39,586 nucleotides of DNA, from contig JACQSJ010000024.1 in NCBI GenBank assembly GCA_016205995.1, forward strand, positions 1 through 39,586, in the 5' to 3' direction. The position numbers and the translations under genes are program-made. This document shows positions 1 to 7,608 of the stretch, in pieces; the stretch's first letter is position 1; each line of letters begins with the position of its first letter. This DNA comes from Candidatus Uhrbacteria bacterium (lineage in GTDB: Bacteria > Patescibacteriota > Patescibacteriia > UBA9934 > GWF2-40-263). The notes under the pieces are model-generated. The model did not search any database. It was not told the DNA's origin and was given only the letters and a program-made list of their open reading frames with translations.

Positions 1-220
1 GTAGGTAATCCTACATTGAGGTGGTCGCGGGGCCCCGTGAAAGGCAAGATCGCGCATTTGGAAACAGTCCTGTCCCTCTCCTGCCCCCTCTCAGGAGTCT
101 CTCCAGGACCGATCGTGTTCCTCCTACCCCGTCGGGGTGTTCAACAAACGGCTACTGTCACGGGTGTTTGCCTGCACCATCGAGAGAGTGCGGAGAATGT
201 CGATCTATCTCTACAACATC

Positions 221-251
221 AAAAAACCGTCTGGCGGTCAAACGGTTTTTT
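221..251. terminator. Intrinsic terminator-like hairpin downstream of serS
   Basis: aaaaaaccgt (221-230) pairs with acggtttttt (242-251); A/T tracts on both sides. Confidence 0.55.
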
Positions 252-382
252 GCTAAATTTAGTGACTTTATTGTACAGGATCTTTTTACAGTCCGCGAGA
301 GGTTAACAATGTTTTCCCTTACGCACGTGTATTTTCGTGTTCACACACCACGACAAAGTGACAGTGTGAATAAGACCCTCCC

Positions 383-1651
383 CTACGTGCGTTTCACGAT
401 GCGATCTTTACCGACCCATGCGCGCAATACCTCTGGAATCACCACTGAACCATCTGCCTGTTGATCATTTTCTAGGATGGCGACAAGTACGCGGCCGATC
501 GCAAACGCCGTTCCGTTGAGCGCATGCGCGAGCTCATTCTTGCCCTCGAGCTTCACGCGAGTGTTGAGTCGGCGCGTTTGGAAGTCGGTTGTGTTGGAGG
601 TAGAGCTCGTCTCACGGTACGTCTTCTGCGATGGGATCCACGTTTCGATGTCATAGGTGCGGGCCGAGGGGTTCCCGGTGTCGCCGCTACAAAGCTTGAG
701 GACGTGATGCGGGAGCTTGAGACCCTGCATGAGGCGCTCTTGAATTGATAGAAGAAGTTCGTGTTCCTCATCTGAGCGGTCGGCGGAGGTGAAGCTGAAC
801 ATCTCGACCTTATCGAACTGGTGCACACGGATGACACCGCGCGTGTCGCGGCCGTAGGATCCGGCCTCACGGCGGTAACAGGGCGAGAACCCAACGTAGC
901 GCAATGGGAGCTTGTCCCCGTCGATAATCTCGTCCATGAGCATGGGGCCGATCGACTGCTCGCTAGTGCCTATCAGCACAAGGTCGTCATTCTTGAGATG
1001 GTAAATTTCCTCCTCGCCACCGTGCTCGAGGTATCCCATCGCCCCCATGGCCGCGGTTGAAATCATGTGTGGAGGGACGACTGGGACAAACCCGAGCTTG
1101 AGTGTTTCTTGGAGAGCGTACTGGATCAGGGCGAACTCGAGTAGGACGGCATCACCCTTGAGGTAGGCAAAGCGCGCGCCAGAAACTTTGGCCGCGCGAT
1201 CCATGTCGATGAGGTCGAGGTCCGTGCCAAGATCGAGGTGGTCCTTGGGCTCAAAGTCAAACTTCGTTGGCTCGCCAAACGTTCGGAGAAGCTCGTTGCC
1301 TGTTTCGTCTTTTCCCACCGGGACGTCGTCGCGCAAGATGTTTGGATAGCGCTTGAGCTCGGTGGCAAGCTCCCCCTCAACACGGGAGAGTTCCGCCTCT
1401 TTCTCTTTAACCTGCTCCTTGATCCCCTTGCCTTCATCCACGAGGGATTTCCGCTCGTCTTGGGAGGTAACACCTGGGATACGGGCGGCGATCTCGTTGC
1501 CACGGGTACGCAGGGCCTGGACTTCGTGGGTAACGGCCACCCGCTTCTCGTGCAGGGCAATGGCAACTTGGGGATCAATGGATTTGCCACGATTTTTGTT
1601 GTTCTGTGCAACACGTTCTGGCTCCTCCAGGAGTCGTTTGATGTCAATCAT
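383..1651 (-). CDS. serS: Seryl-tRNA synthetase
   Basis: MIDIK N-terminus with coiled-coil arm; motifs LIGTSE, FSPCYRREAG, RVHQFDKVE, SSTSNTTDFQTRRL, HALNGTAFAIGR. Start set at ATG 1651, not ORF-track 1849. Confidence 0.97.
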   Translation of the reverse strand: MIDIKRLLEEPERVAQNNKNRGKSIDPQVAIALHEKRVAVTHEVQALRTRGNEIAARIPGVTSQDERKSLVDEGKGIKEQVKEKEAELSRVEGELATELKRYPNILRDDVPVGKDETGNELLRTFGEPTKFDFEPKDHLDLGTDLDLIDMDRAAKVSGARFAYLKGDAVLLEFALIQYALQETLKLGFVPVVPPHMISTAAMGAMGYLEHGGEEEIYHLKNDDLVLIGTSEQSIGPMLMDEIIDGDKLPLRYVGFSPCYRREAGSYGRDTRGVIRVHQFDKVEMFSFTSADRSDEEHELLLSIQERLMQGLKLPHHVLKLCSGDTGNPSARTYDIETWIPSQKTYRETSSTSNTTDFQTRRLNTRVKLEGKNELAHALNGTAFAIGRVLVAILENDQQADGSVVIPEVLRAWVGKDRIVKRT

Positions 1652-1710
1652 ACGCCGAGTATGATGCCCTATTTGAGAAAAAAAGTGAATGTGTGGGAGT
1701 TTCAAAAATA

Positions 1711-1761
1711 TAAGCCAGTCGGACATTAAATGTCCGACTGGTCGGATATTTAATGTCCGAC
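1711..1761. repeat. Two abutting REP-like palindromes upstream of the RAYT gene
   Basis: ccagtcggacatt-a-aatgtccgactgg (1715-1741, perfect 13-bp arms), then gtcggatatt-t-aatgtccgac (1741-1761, one mismatch). Confidence 0.9.
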
Positions 1762-1835
1762 CTGGTTGACGAAAGTGATATTTTCTGGTGTACTGTAGGT
1801 ATCCCCCTGCTAATTCATCATTGGTTAGGGGGTTT

Positions 1836-2516
1836 ATGTTTTCAGACAATTTTGTTCCAGGCGAGTACTACCACGTCTATAATCGTGGAGTTGATCGAAG
1901 GGTGACCTTCACGGGAAACCAGGACTTTCAAAGATTTTTTGATGGGATGCGAGTGTTTAACACAGCCCAAGATTCTGGGGAGTCGATATCTTTCTTCCGG
2001 CGCTGCCAACGCTCCTATCCAGTTGAACAGCAGCTTGCTCGCATATCGTCATTTTCTCTTATTCCAAACCATTTCCACATGTTGCTCCAAGAAGTATGCG
2101 AAGGCGGCATCTCACTCTTCATGCAGCGACAAGGAAATAGCTACACAAAATACTTCAATAGAAAGGAGCAACGAACCGGCTCTTTGTTTGAGAGCACCTA
2201 CCATGTTAAGCATATCGACTCACAAGCATATCTGGAGCACATAACTCGATACATCCACTTAAATATTCTCGACTTAGTCGGAATCGACTGGAAGGGACAG
2301 GGGGTAGACGATGACAAAAAAGCCCTGGAGTTTCTCAAACGATACCCCTGGTCGAGTTGCTATTACTATCTGAATGATATCGAAACACCGACACTCGATC
2401 TGTCTTTGCTGCGCGGACTTTTTTCTACTCCACAGACACACACCGACTTCATGTTCGACTACCAACCCACTCTACAACCCGACGACCTCATTTTTCCTAA
2501 GCCAGTCGGACATTAA
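1836..2516 (+). mobile_element. REP-associated tyrosine transposase (RAYT; IS200-like Y1 HUH family)
   Basis: YYHVYNRG, HUH motif PNHFHMLL, YFNRKEQRTGSLFE, catalytic-Tyr motif RYIHLN, YPWSS; AT-richer than flanks; flanked by palindromes. Confidence 0.9.
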
Positions 2517-2529
2517 ATGTCCGACTGGC
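2498..2529. repeat. REP-like palindrome downstream of RAYT, overlapping its stop codon
   Basis: taagccagtcggacattaaatgtccgactgg (2498-2528) is identical to 1711-1741; the TAA stop (2514-2516) is at the palindrome centre. Confidence 0.92.
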
Positions 2530-2577
2530 AAAGTAAAAGACGAGGAGTGGATCCTCGTCCGTAGTGAGTCGAGCGGG

Positions 2578-4281
2578 CTATTTCAGGCCCGTGCACATCT
2601 TGAACCTGCTGTCGCAGGTAATCGTTGTCGTTCCAGCCACCGTGAGAGTCCCCGTCTGAGGTGCCTCGCGACCTGGCATTTCCACGCTCACGCGATACGT
2701 CCCTTGCGGAACCTCGTGCGTGCCACCCGTGAGGGTGAACGTACCGCCTTCGCCTGAGAGCGTGACGGTCGCCATCGTGTCGGCCTTGAGGACCAGACGG
2801 ACCTGGGCCTTCTCGACGATCGCCACTTCCGTCTGCGGAAGCGGGGTCACCCTGGAGGTTGGCTGCGCCCTCACGACCGGAGCGGGAGTTGGGGTGGGTT
2901 GAAGTGCCACCACCGTGGGCTCGGGCACCGCGAGCGCGGGAAGGGGCATCGGCTGCTCCACGGGCGCGGGAGGAGCGATCTGGGCGATCGGCTCCGAGGC
3001 GGCCGGCTCGGGCTTGGGCTCGGAACGCGTGGCGAACCACACACCCACGACCGCGAGCACGAGCAGGACAGCGCCCGCGATCGGGGCGACATGCCGCAGA
3101 ACGCGGCGCTTGGCCGCGTTGCGCAGCGCATCGATCTGAGCCTGATCCGCCCGTTGATCTACCGGAGGCAGGATCGTTCCCGTGGGAGGAGCATCGGATG
3201 CTCCTTGCACGGAATCCGTCTCCGGAAGCCGCGCAAGCCCCAAGCGATGGGCGAACCCGGCCTGACTGACGACCGGAGCTCCATCTGGCGATGCAGACAC
3301 CTCGTACCCCGGCTGGGCACGCGTGAGCACTGGCTGCATCCCGCTCGCCTCGTGGACCGGCTGAGCGGCGTTGAACACGCCCTCGAGCTCGGCCTTGACC
3401 CCAGGAGCGCTTCCCAGCGCCGGCGTGTCCGCCGGATCATCGGGAAGGCCCGAGGCGAGGTAAATCTCCAGCTCGTCGGCCATGGCCGCCGCACTTTCGA
3501 ATCGGCTCTCGGGACTCTCGCTGGTGGCCATGCGGATGACCATCTGGAGCACGTCGGGAACGTCGTCGAGCCGCTCGGGGTACTTCTCGAGCTGCCGAAA
3601 GAAGGCTTCCTGGCCGAGCTTTCCACACGTGAGCATGACGTAGAGCGTCACCCCCATGGCGTGGACGTCAGCGCGATGATCGATCAGATCGAGTTCCCCC
3701 GCGAGTTGCTCGGGGGGCATGTACGCGAACGTCCCCATTGTCGAGCCCTCACGGGTCAGGAACCGAGATCCCTCTCCCACGCGGGCGATACCGAAGTCGG
3801 TGATCTTGGGCGTGCCGTCCTTGTCGAAGAGGATGTTCTGCGGCTTCACGTCCCGATGGACCACACCCTGGTCATGCGCCGCTTGCAGACCCCGGAGGAT
3901 CGCAATCGCGACGCGGACGGCCTGCTTGGGCGGCATCTTGCCGAACTGACTCAGATGCTGGTCCAGCGTTCCTCCCTCGAGGAAGTCCATGACGAGGTAG
4001 GGGAAGTCCCCCACCTCTCCCAGCTCGTGCACGCGCACCACGTTCTGGTGGCTGAGGCTGTGCATGATGCTCGCCTCGGTGTCGAACCGTTCGCGGATGA
4101 TCTGGGACTTGAGCAGGGCCGGATGGACGAGCTTCATGGCTCGCGGGCCGAACACACGGTGCCGCACCCTGAGCACGTACCCAGCCCCACCGACTCCCAG
4201 AATCCGTTCGACGGTGTAGACCGTGAGAGGCGCGAGCATCGCCCGCACCTCTTCGAGCGCCCTACGTTCTTCCTCGTTCAT
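2578..4281 (-). CDS. Hanks-type Ser/Thr protein kinase with one TM helix, Pro-rich linker and small extracellular C-terminal domain
   Basis: LGVGGAGYV, AMK, HRDVKPQN, DFGIAR, GTFAYMPPEQ; TM segment APIAGAVLLVLAVVGVWF; C-terminus TITCDSRFKMC; very high GC. Confidence 0.93.
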   Translation of the reverse strand: MNEEERRALEEVRAMLAPLTVYTVERILGVGGAGYVLRVRHRVFGPRAMKLVHPALLKSQIIRERFDTEASIMHSLSHQNVVRVHELGEVGDFPYLVMDFLEGGTLDQHLSQFGKMPPKQAVRVAIAILRGLQAAHDQGVVHRDVKPQNILFDKDGTPKITDFGIARVGEGSRFLTREGSTMGTFAYMPPEQLAGELDLIDHRADVHAMGVTLYVMLTCGKLGQEAFFRQLEKYPERLDDVPDVLQMVIRMATSESPESRFESAAAMADELEIYLASGLPDDPADTPALGSAPGVKAELEGVFNAAQPVHEASGMQPVLTRAQPGYEVSASPDGAPVVSQAGFAHRLGLARLPETDSVQGASDAPPTGTILPPVDQRADQAQIDALRNAAKRRVLRHVAPIAGAVLLVLAVVGVWFATRSEPKPEPAASEPIAQIAPPAPVEQPMPLPALAVPEPTVVALQPTPTPAPVVRAQPTSRVTPLPQTEVAIVEKAQVRLVLKADTMATVTLSGEGGTFTLTGGTHEVPQGTYRVSVEMPGREAPQTGTLTVAGTTTITCDSRFKMCTGLK

Positions 4282-5246
4282 GGCGAGGCAGCCTCCCCCG
4301 ACGCTCCGGTCGGGGCTCCGACCCTAATGGCGTCGGAGCTGTGTGGGGTTGGGATGGCCTTGTGGGGACCGAACTTCACCGTGAAGCCGATCCCAAAGCC
4401 AGTACACACGAGTGCCGTGCCACCCGAGATGAGCGACACGGTTCCCAGCGCGTTGGCGCGAGATTGGAGTCCGGCGAGATCGCCGTCGGCCGTGTTTGGG
4501 TCTTGGTAGAGGTCCTTCTGGGACATGGCAACCCCATAGAGGACGCCACCGACCGCGGCCGCGATGCCTGAGGCAACGAACCAGGGACGCGGATCCCGAA
4601 GAACCCGCGGCCGCTGGAGCTCGTCCAGGTTGATCCCGAGGTCTTGCGCGGTCAGCCCGAAAGCGTTGCCGCTCCAGTTGGGAGTCGCTTCGCCCGGCTG
4701 GACGTAGCGGGTCTCCCGCAGGGTGTCGACCTCTTCGACGACCTGGTAGACCTGGATGATCACGGGGGTGAGCGAGTAGCGCGCGGAGTTCCGCACGCCA
4801 CCCACCAGGACGTACCCACCAGGAGGCGGATAGATCTTCTCGCCGTCACCGTCGGGCATCGTCTCGGCCGCCTTGTAGAGCGCAAGCAGAGGATGCCCCT
4901 CGCCTGCAACGTCCTCGGGAAACGCGTAGCCGGGCTGCAGCAGCAGACTCGCGTGGAGCTCCTGTTTGGCGCGGGTGTAGTTCCCTCCGATGAAGGCCTC
5001 CATGGCCATGAGGCGATGAAACGCGGCCGCGTCTTCCTTGGTCAGCGGCTCATCCACGCACGGCAGGATCTGCGTGCGCACGAGACTTGCCTGCGTGAGC
5101 AGGGCCTCGGCGTCGAGCGCCGCGAAGGCTTGCTCCGCGGTACGTCCGGCATCGCCCAGCTGTGCGACATGAGTCGATTCCTCGCACGCAGCATTCGCCA
5201 CCTGCGGGATCATCAGGCACAGCGCCATGAGCAGCAGCTTGAACAT
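4278..5246 (-). CDS. Exported protein with signal peptide and two C-terminal Gly-rich hydrophobic segments, translationally coupled to the kinase
   Basis: GGAGG Shine-Dalgarno before ATG 5246; MFKLLLMALCLMIPQVANA signal; helical N-terminal part; 4-bp ATGA overlap with the kinase start. Confidence 0.8.
   Translation of the reverse strand: MFKLLLMALCLMIPQVANAACEESTHVAQLGDAGRTAEQAFAALDAEALLTQASLVRTQILPCVDEPLTKEDAAAFHRLMAMEAFIGGNYTRAKQELHASLLLQPGYAFPEDVAGEGHPLLALYKAAETMPDGDGEKIYPPPGGYVLVGGVRNSARYSLTPVIIQVYQVVEEVDTLRETRYVQPGEATPNWSGNAFGLTAQDLGINLDELQRPRVLRDPRPWFVASGIAAAVGGVLYGVAMSQKDLYQDPNTADGDLAGLQSRANALGTVSLISGGTALVCTGFGIGFTVKFGPHKAIPTPHSSDAIRVGAPTGASGEAASP
4296..4339. repeat. Double CCGAC/GTCGG hairpin element inside the 3' end of the 4278-5246 gene
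   Basis: ccccgac-gctccg-gtcgggg then gctccgac-cctaatggc-gtcggagc; first hairpin is 19/20 identical to 29597-29616 (opposite strand). Confidence 0.7.
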
Positions 5247-5305
5247 CGGGTATCCCTCCGGTGGGTTGATCTGATTGAGTGAGAAATTGGAAAGAACGAC
5301 GGCTT

Positions 5306-5334
5306 TTTTTAGCATTATTTACCGCCTGCGTCAA
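5306..5334 (-). promoter_or_regulatory. Putative sigma70 promoter for the kinase gene pair
   Basis: TTGACG-17 nt-TAAAAA with upstream TG on the minus strand. Confidence 0.45.
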
Positions 5335-5388
5335 TAGTAGCATGGTTCACAAAAGCTCAGATTCTGGCGCTCTATCCCCAACGACCCA

Positions 5389-5476
5389 TTGACGATGGAA
5401 GAAAAACCTGTTGTGATGGTTCTGTAAGAACCCCTTCATTGCCTGCTTGTCGGGCTGGGGGTTCTTTTTGTTCGAC
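5389..5476 (+). promoter_or_regulatory. Putative promoter plus structured leader (copy 1)
   Basis: TTGACG-17-TGTGAT; aagaacccc (5426-5434)/ggggttctt (5458-5466) stem followed by a T-run; alternative stem gtcgggc/gttcgac. Confidence 0.6.
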
Positions 5477-5483
5477 CTAATCG

Positions 5484-5519
5484 GGAACATAAATTTTTCG
5501 ATCGTGAAAATTATGTTCC
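5484..5519 (-). repeat. 36-bp imperfect palindrome, copy 1 (inverted relative to copies 2 and 3)
   Basis: ggaacataaatttttcgatcgtgaaaattatgttcc; its reverse complement matches 6042-6077 at 32/36 positions, with the first 26 identical. Confidence 0.92.
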
Positions 5520-5525
5520 AGACAT

Positions 5526-6050
5526 ATGGCAATTAATAAAAGACCCCATACCGTAACCCAAGAAATCATCGATATGCTGGTTGAAGCCAGCGATCTTACT
5601 ATTGAGTGGATTAATAACCCGTACAAACAGTACAGACGGATTCGAGGAGTCATGGAGCCGGAGGAGTGGAATCGAATCTTTCGGGAAAAAAAGAAACGCC
5701 GGGTTTTGAAGGAACTCAAACGCAAGAAGTGGCTTACTGAGCGACGGGAAGGAAACCAAATCGTTTATGAATTGGAAGCATCAGTTGCCATCCGCCGCCT
5801 CAAGACAGCAATCAGATCAAAGGTTGCCTTCCTACCGGAACCATCGATTGTTTTGGTTGCGTTTGATTTTCCTGAAGCAGCAAGAAAGGCTCGGGACTCT
5901 TTTCGCTATTTTCTGAAGTCGGCTGGTTTCGCCAAAAAACAACTCAGTGTCTGGTTCACTAATAAGTCCGTTCTAGATGAAATACAGGCACTGGTCCGTA
6001 TGCTCAATCTTGAAAAATGGGTCAACGTTTTCCTAACTCACGGAACATAA
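5526..6050 (+). CDS. PaaX-like protein: basic N-terminal winged-helix-like region plus Cas2-like (ferredoxin-fold) domain
   Basis: LKELKRKKWL..EGNQIVYEL (wHTH wing-like); VLVAFDFPEAARKARDSFRYFLKSAGFAKKQLSVW fits the PaaX-central/Cas2-like pattern (hydrophobic-FD.PE, L...GF...Q.SVW). Confidence 0.8.
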   Translation: MAINKRPHTVTQEIIDMLVEASDLTIEWINNPYKQYRRIRGVMEPEEWNRIFREKKKRRVLKELKRKKWLTERREGNQIVYELEASVAIRRLKTAIRSKVAFLPEPSIVLVAFDFPEAARKARDSFRYFLKSAGFAKKQLSVWFTNKSVLDEIQALVRMLNLEKWVNVFLTHGT

Positions 6051-6079
6051 TTTTCACGATCGAAAAAAGATTGTTCCTT
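6040..6079 (+). repeat. 36-bp palindrome copy 2 (6042-6077) within a 40-bp direct repeat; overlaps the stop codon of the PaaX-like gene
   Basis: acggaacataattttcacgatcgaaaaaagattgttcctt is identical to 7409-7448; TAA stop at 6048-6050. Confidence 0.95.
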
Positions 6080-6151
6080 AACTATCCACAGCTCACCCAC
6101 GTTTATTATTAGAAAAGACGAGACTGACTGATTTTCGTGGAAAGGAATGTG

Positions 6152-6240
6152 TTGACAGGAGCGAAAAAAAATGATGTGATGGATGTAGAAGAACCCTCTC
6201 CTCTTCACCAGATCAACGGGTTCTTCTTTTTGTTGATCTG
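6152..6240 (+). promoter_or_regulatory. Putative promoter plus structured leader (copy 2)
   Basis: TTGACA-17-TGTGAT; agaagaaccc (6187-6196)/gggttcttct (6218-6227) stem plus T-run; alternative stem cagatcaac (6209-6217)/gttgatctg (6232-6240). Confidence 0.65.
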
Positions 6241-6257
6241 ACAGCCAGGAGGCTAGA

Positions 6258-6539
6258 ATGCGTTCCTTCATCGTCGCAATCGCAGTGCTGGCAGCAATCG
6301 CAGTGCTCATGTTCACTCGGAGTGAACCCAAGACAAGTGTCTTCGGGATGCCGCCCATGCCGTGCGAAGCGACCAGCGTCTCCGACGCACAGACATTGTG
6401 CCTGGACATCGACTTGGCCTCCACGCAGATTCCGCACAACGATCTGCATGCCATCATGCACCCGTGCCACAACTTCCCCGTCGATCTGGGAAATGACTAC
6501 ATGGTGGTCGTCTCCGCACCAAACGGGGCCGCTCCCTAG
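6258..6539 (+). CDS. Small exported or membrane-anchored hypothetical protein
   Basis: AGGAGG SD; hydrophobic N-terminus MRSFIVAIAVLAAIAVLMF; terminator hairpin follows. Confidence 0.65.
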   Translation: MRSFIVAIAVLAAIAVLMFTRSEPKTSVFGMPPMPCEATSVSDAQTLCLDIDLASTQIPHNDLHAIMHPCHNFPVDLGNDYMVVVSAPNGAAP

Positions 6540-6544
6540 CTCTC

Positions 6545-6570
6545 GCGCCGATACGCTCGGCGCTTTTTCT
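6545..6570 (+). terminator. Intrinsic terminator between convergent genes
   Basis: gcgccga-tacgc-tcggcgc followed by ttttt. Confidence 0.7.
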
Positions 6571-6605
6571 TTAAGCAAAAAGATGGCCGTGAGCCATCGT
6601 ATGGG

Positions 6606-7310
6606 CTACATGCCCAGCATGTGTTGCCAGTGCGCCGGGCAGGAATCGTGCCTACCGGCGGAGAGCGCGGCGAACAACGCACGGTCGAACGCCTTGGGAT
6701 CGGACGAACAGTACGGCAGTCGATCGTACCCGGTCATGCGGGCGAAGTCGCACTCCCGCTCGTACGCCTCACGCTCCAGGTTCCAGCCCGCCTCGCACTG
6801 GTCGGGCGAGTCGTTCGGATCCGTGATCACCGTAGAGGCGTATCGACCCGAGTCGATCTGTTCGAAGTGCACGGCTTCGTGAAGCAGGATGATGTCGAAA
6901 TACTTCCTTTCGAGTGGACGTCCGACACGCGCAGGCACGATGATCTGAGGACTCAGATACAGGGTACCCTTCAAGCCGACCGTGGTGTGTTCACGGTCGA
7001 AGACCGGTGCCGGTACGAATCGTCCGGAAGCCTCAGCGCGATCCAGCAGCCTAATGACCACCTCCTTGGACTCGACCTTCGACCAGAGAACATGCGAGAC
7101 TTCTGGCATCGGGTGGTTCTTGATCGCGTCGATGATGAACGATCCATCGAGATCAGGATCGAGGCGCAGGAGAACCGGTTCTTCGGCTGCCTGCTTCACC
7201 TGCGTGCTCGTCGCCGTAGCAGCCATCGCGGAGACCGGCTCCGTCTTGGACTCCCCGAGAAGCAAGAAGAGAAGGAGGACGGAAATGATGATGAGGAACA
7301 CCGAACGCAT
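6606..7310 (-). CDS. Exported putative zinc metallopeptidase (HEXXH)
   Basis: AGGAG SD; hydrophobic N-terminal signal/anchor; IILLHEAVHFEQ and downstream EREAY; several C-terminal Cys. Confidence 0.72.
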   Translation of the reverse strand: MRSVFLIIISVLLLFLLLGESKTEPVSAMAATATSTQVKQAAEEPVLLRLDPDLDGSFIIDAIKNHPMPEVSHVLWSKVESKEVVIRLLDRAEASGRFVPAPVFDREHTTVGLKGTLYLSPQIIVPARVGRPLERKYFDIILLHEAVHFEQIDSGRYASTVITDPNDSPDQCEAGWNLEREAYERECDFARMTGYDRLPYCSSDPKAFDRALFAALSAGRHDSCPAHWQHMLGM

Positions 7311-7361
7311 GATTGACTCCTGATCGTTGCGTCGATGCGGAATTGCATGACGAAACGTGAC

Positions 7362-7390
7362 AATTTACAACATTTTATCCAATCTGTCAA
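7362..7390 (-). promoter_or_regulatory. Putative sigma70 promoter for the 6606-7310 gene
   Basis: TTGACA-17 nt-TAAATT on the minus strand. Confidence 0.6.
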
Positions 7391-7408
7391 CGGCTCGTAT
7401 GGGACTCA

Positions 7409-7448
7409 ACGGAACATAATTTTCACGATCGAAAAAAGATTGTTCCTT
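7409..7448 (+). repeat. 36-bp palindrome copy 3 (7411-7446) within the 40-bp direct repeat
   Basis: Identical to 6040-6079. Confidence 0.95.
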
Positions 7449-7608
7449 GGAAACTTTTACTTTGATCATGTAGATCATGTTTAAGCCAGAAGATTCGAAA
7501 AGTGGGCGTTCGATCGAAAGGACAACGTTTCGGCCGGAAACTATCCACATCTCACCCACAGGATTTGTCAAAAATAACTGATTTTGACTGGCTTTAAAGG
7601 CAAAGGGG

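Noticed and set aside
60..125. Glycine riboswitch (CTGGAGAGAC on the minus strand)
   Set aside because: The downstream CCGAAG and CTCTCAGG core elements are not present in the required order
1652..1849. 66-aa N-terminal extension of SerS in the ORF track
   Set aside because: It reads through the REP palindromes and overlaps the RAYT start; the canonical MIDIK start is at 1651
2899..4509. 536-aa plus-strand ORF, and similar long antisense ORFs (6621-7316, 7594-8391, 21030-21845, 22120-22881, 34816-35517, 36297-37070)
   Set aside because: Shadow frames of well-supported genes on the opposite strand in GC-rich sequence; no recognisable motifs
5484..5519. dif/Xer site or integron attC (AACATAA/TTATGTT arms, AAC...GTT ends)
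   Set aside because: Arms are separated by 18 nt rather than the 6 nt of dif; too short and lacking RYYYAAC/GTTRRRY for attC; no tyrosine recombinase in the window
6080..6100. Replication origin suggested by DnaA-box-like ctatccaca
   Set aside because: Only isolated mismatched boxes; no box cluster, unwinding element or dnaA/dnaN nearby
5484..7446. CRISPR array (36-bp repeats next to a Cas2-like gene)
   Set aside because: Only three copies, separated by about 520 and 1330 bp, one of them inverted; no cas1 or effector gene in the window; the protein has an extra wHTH-like N-terminus typical of PaaX-like proteins
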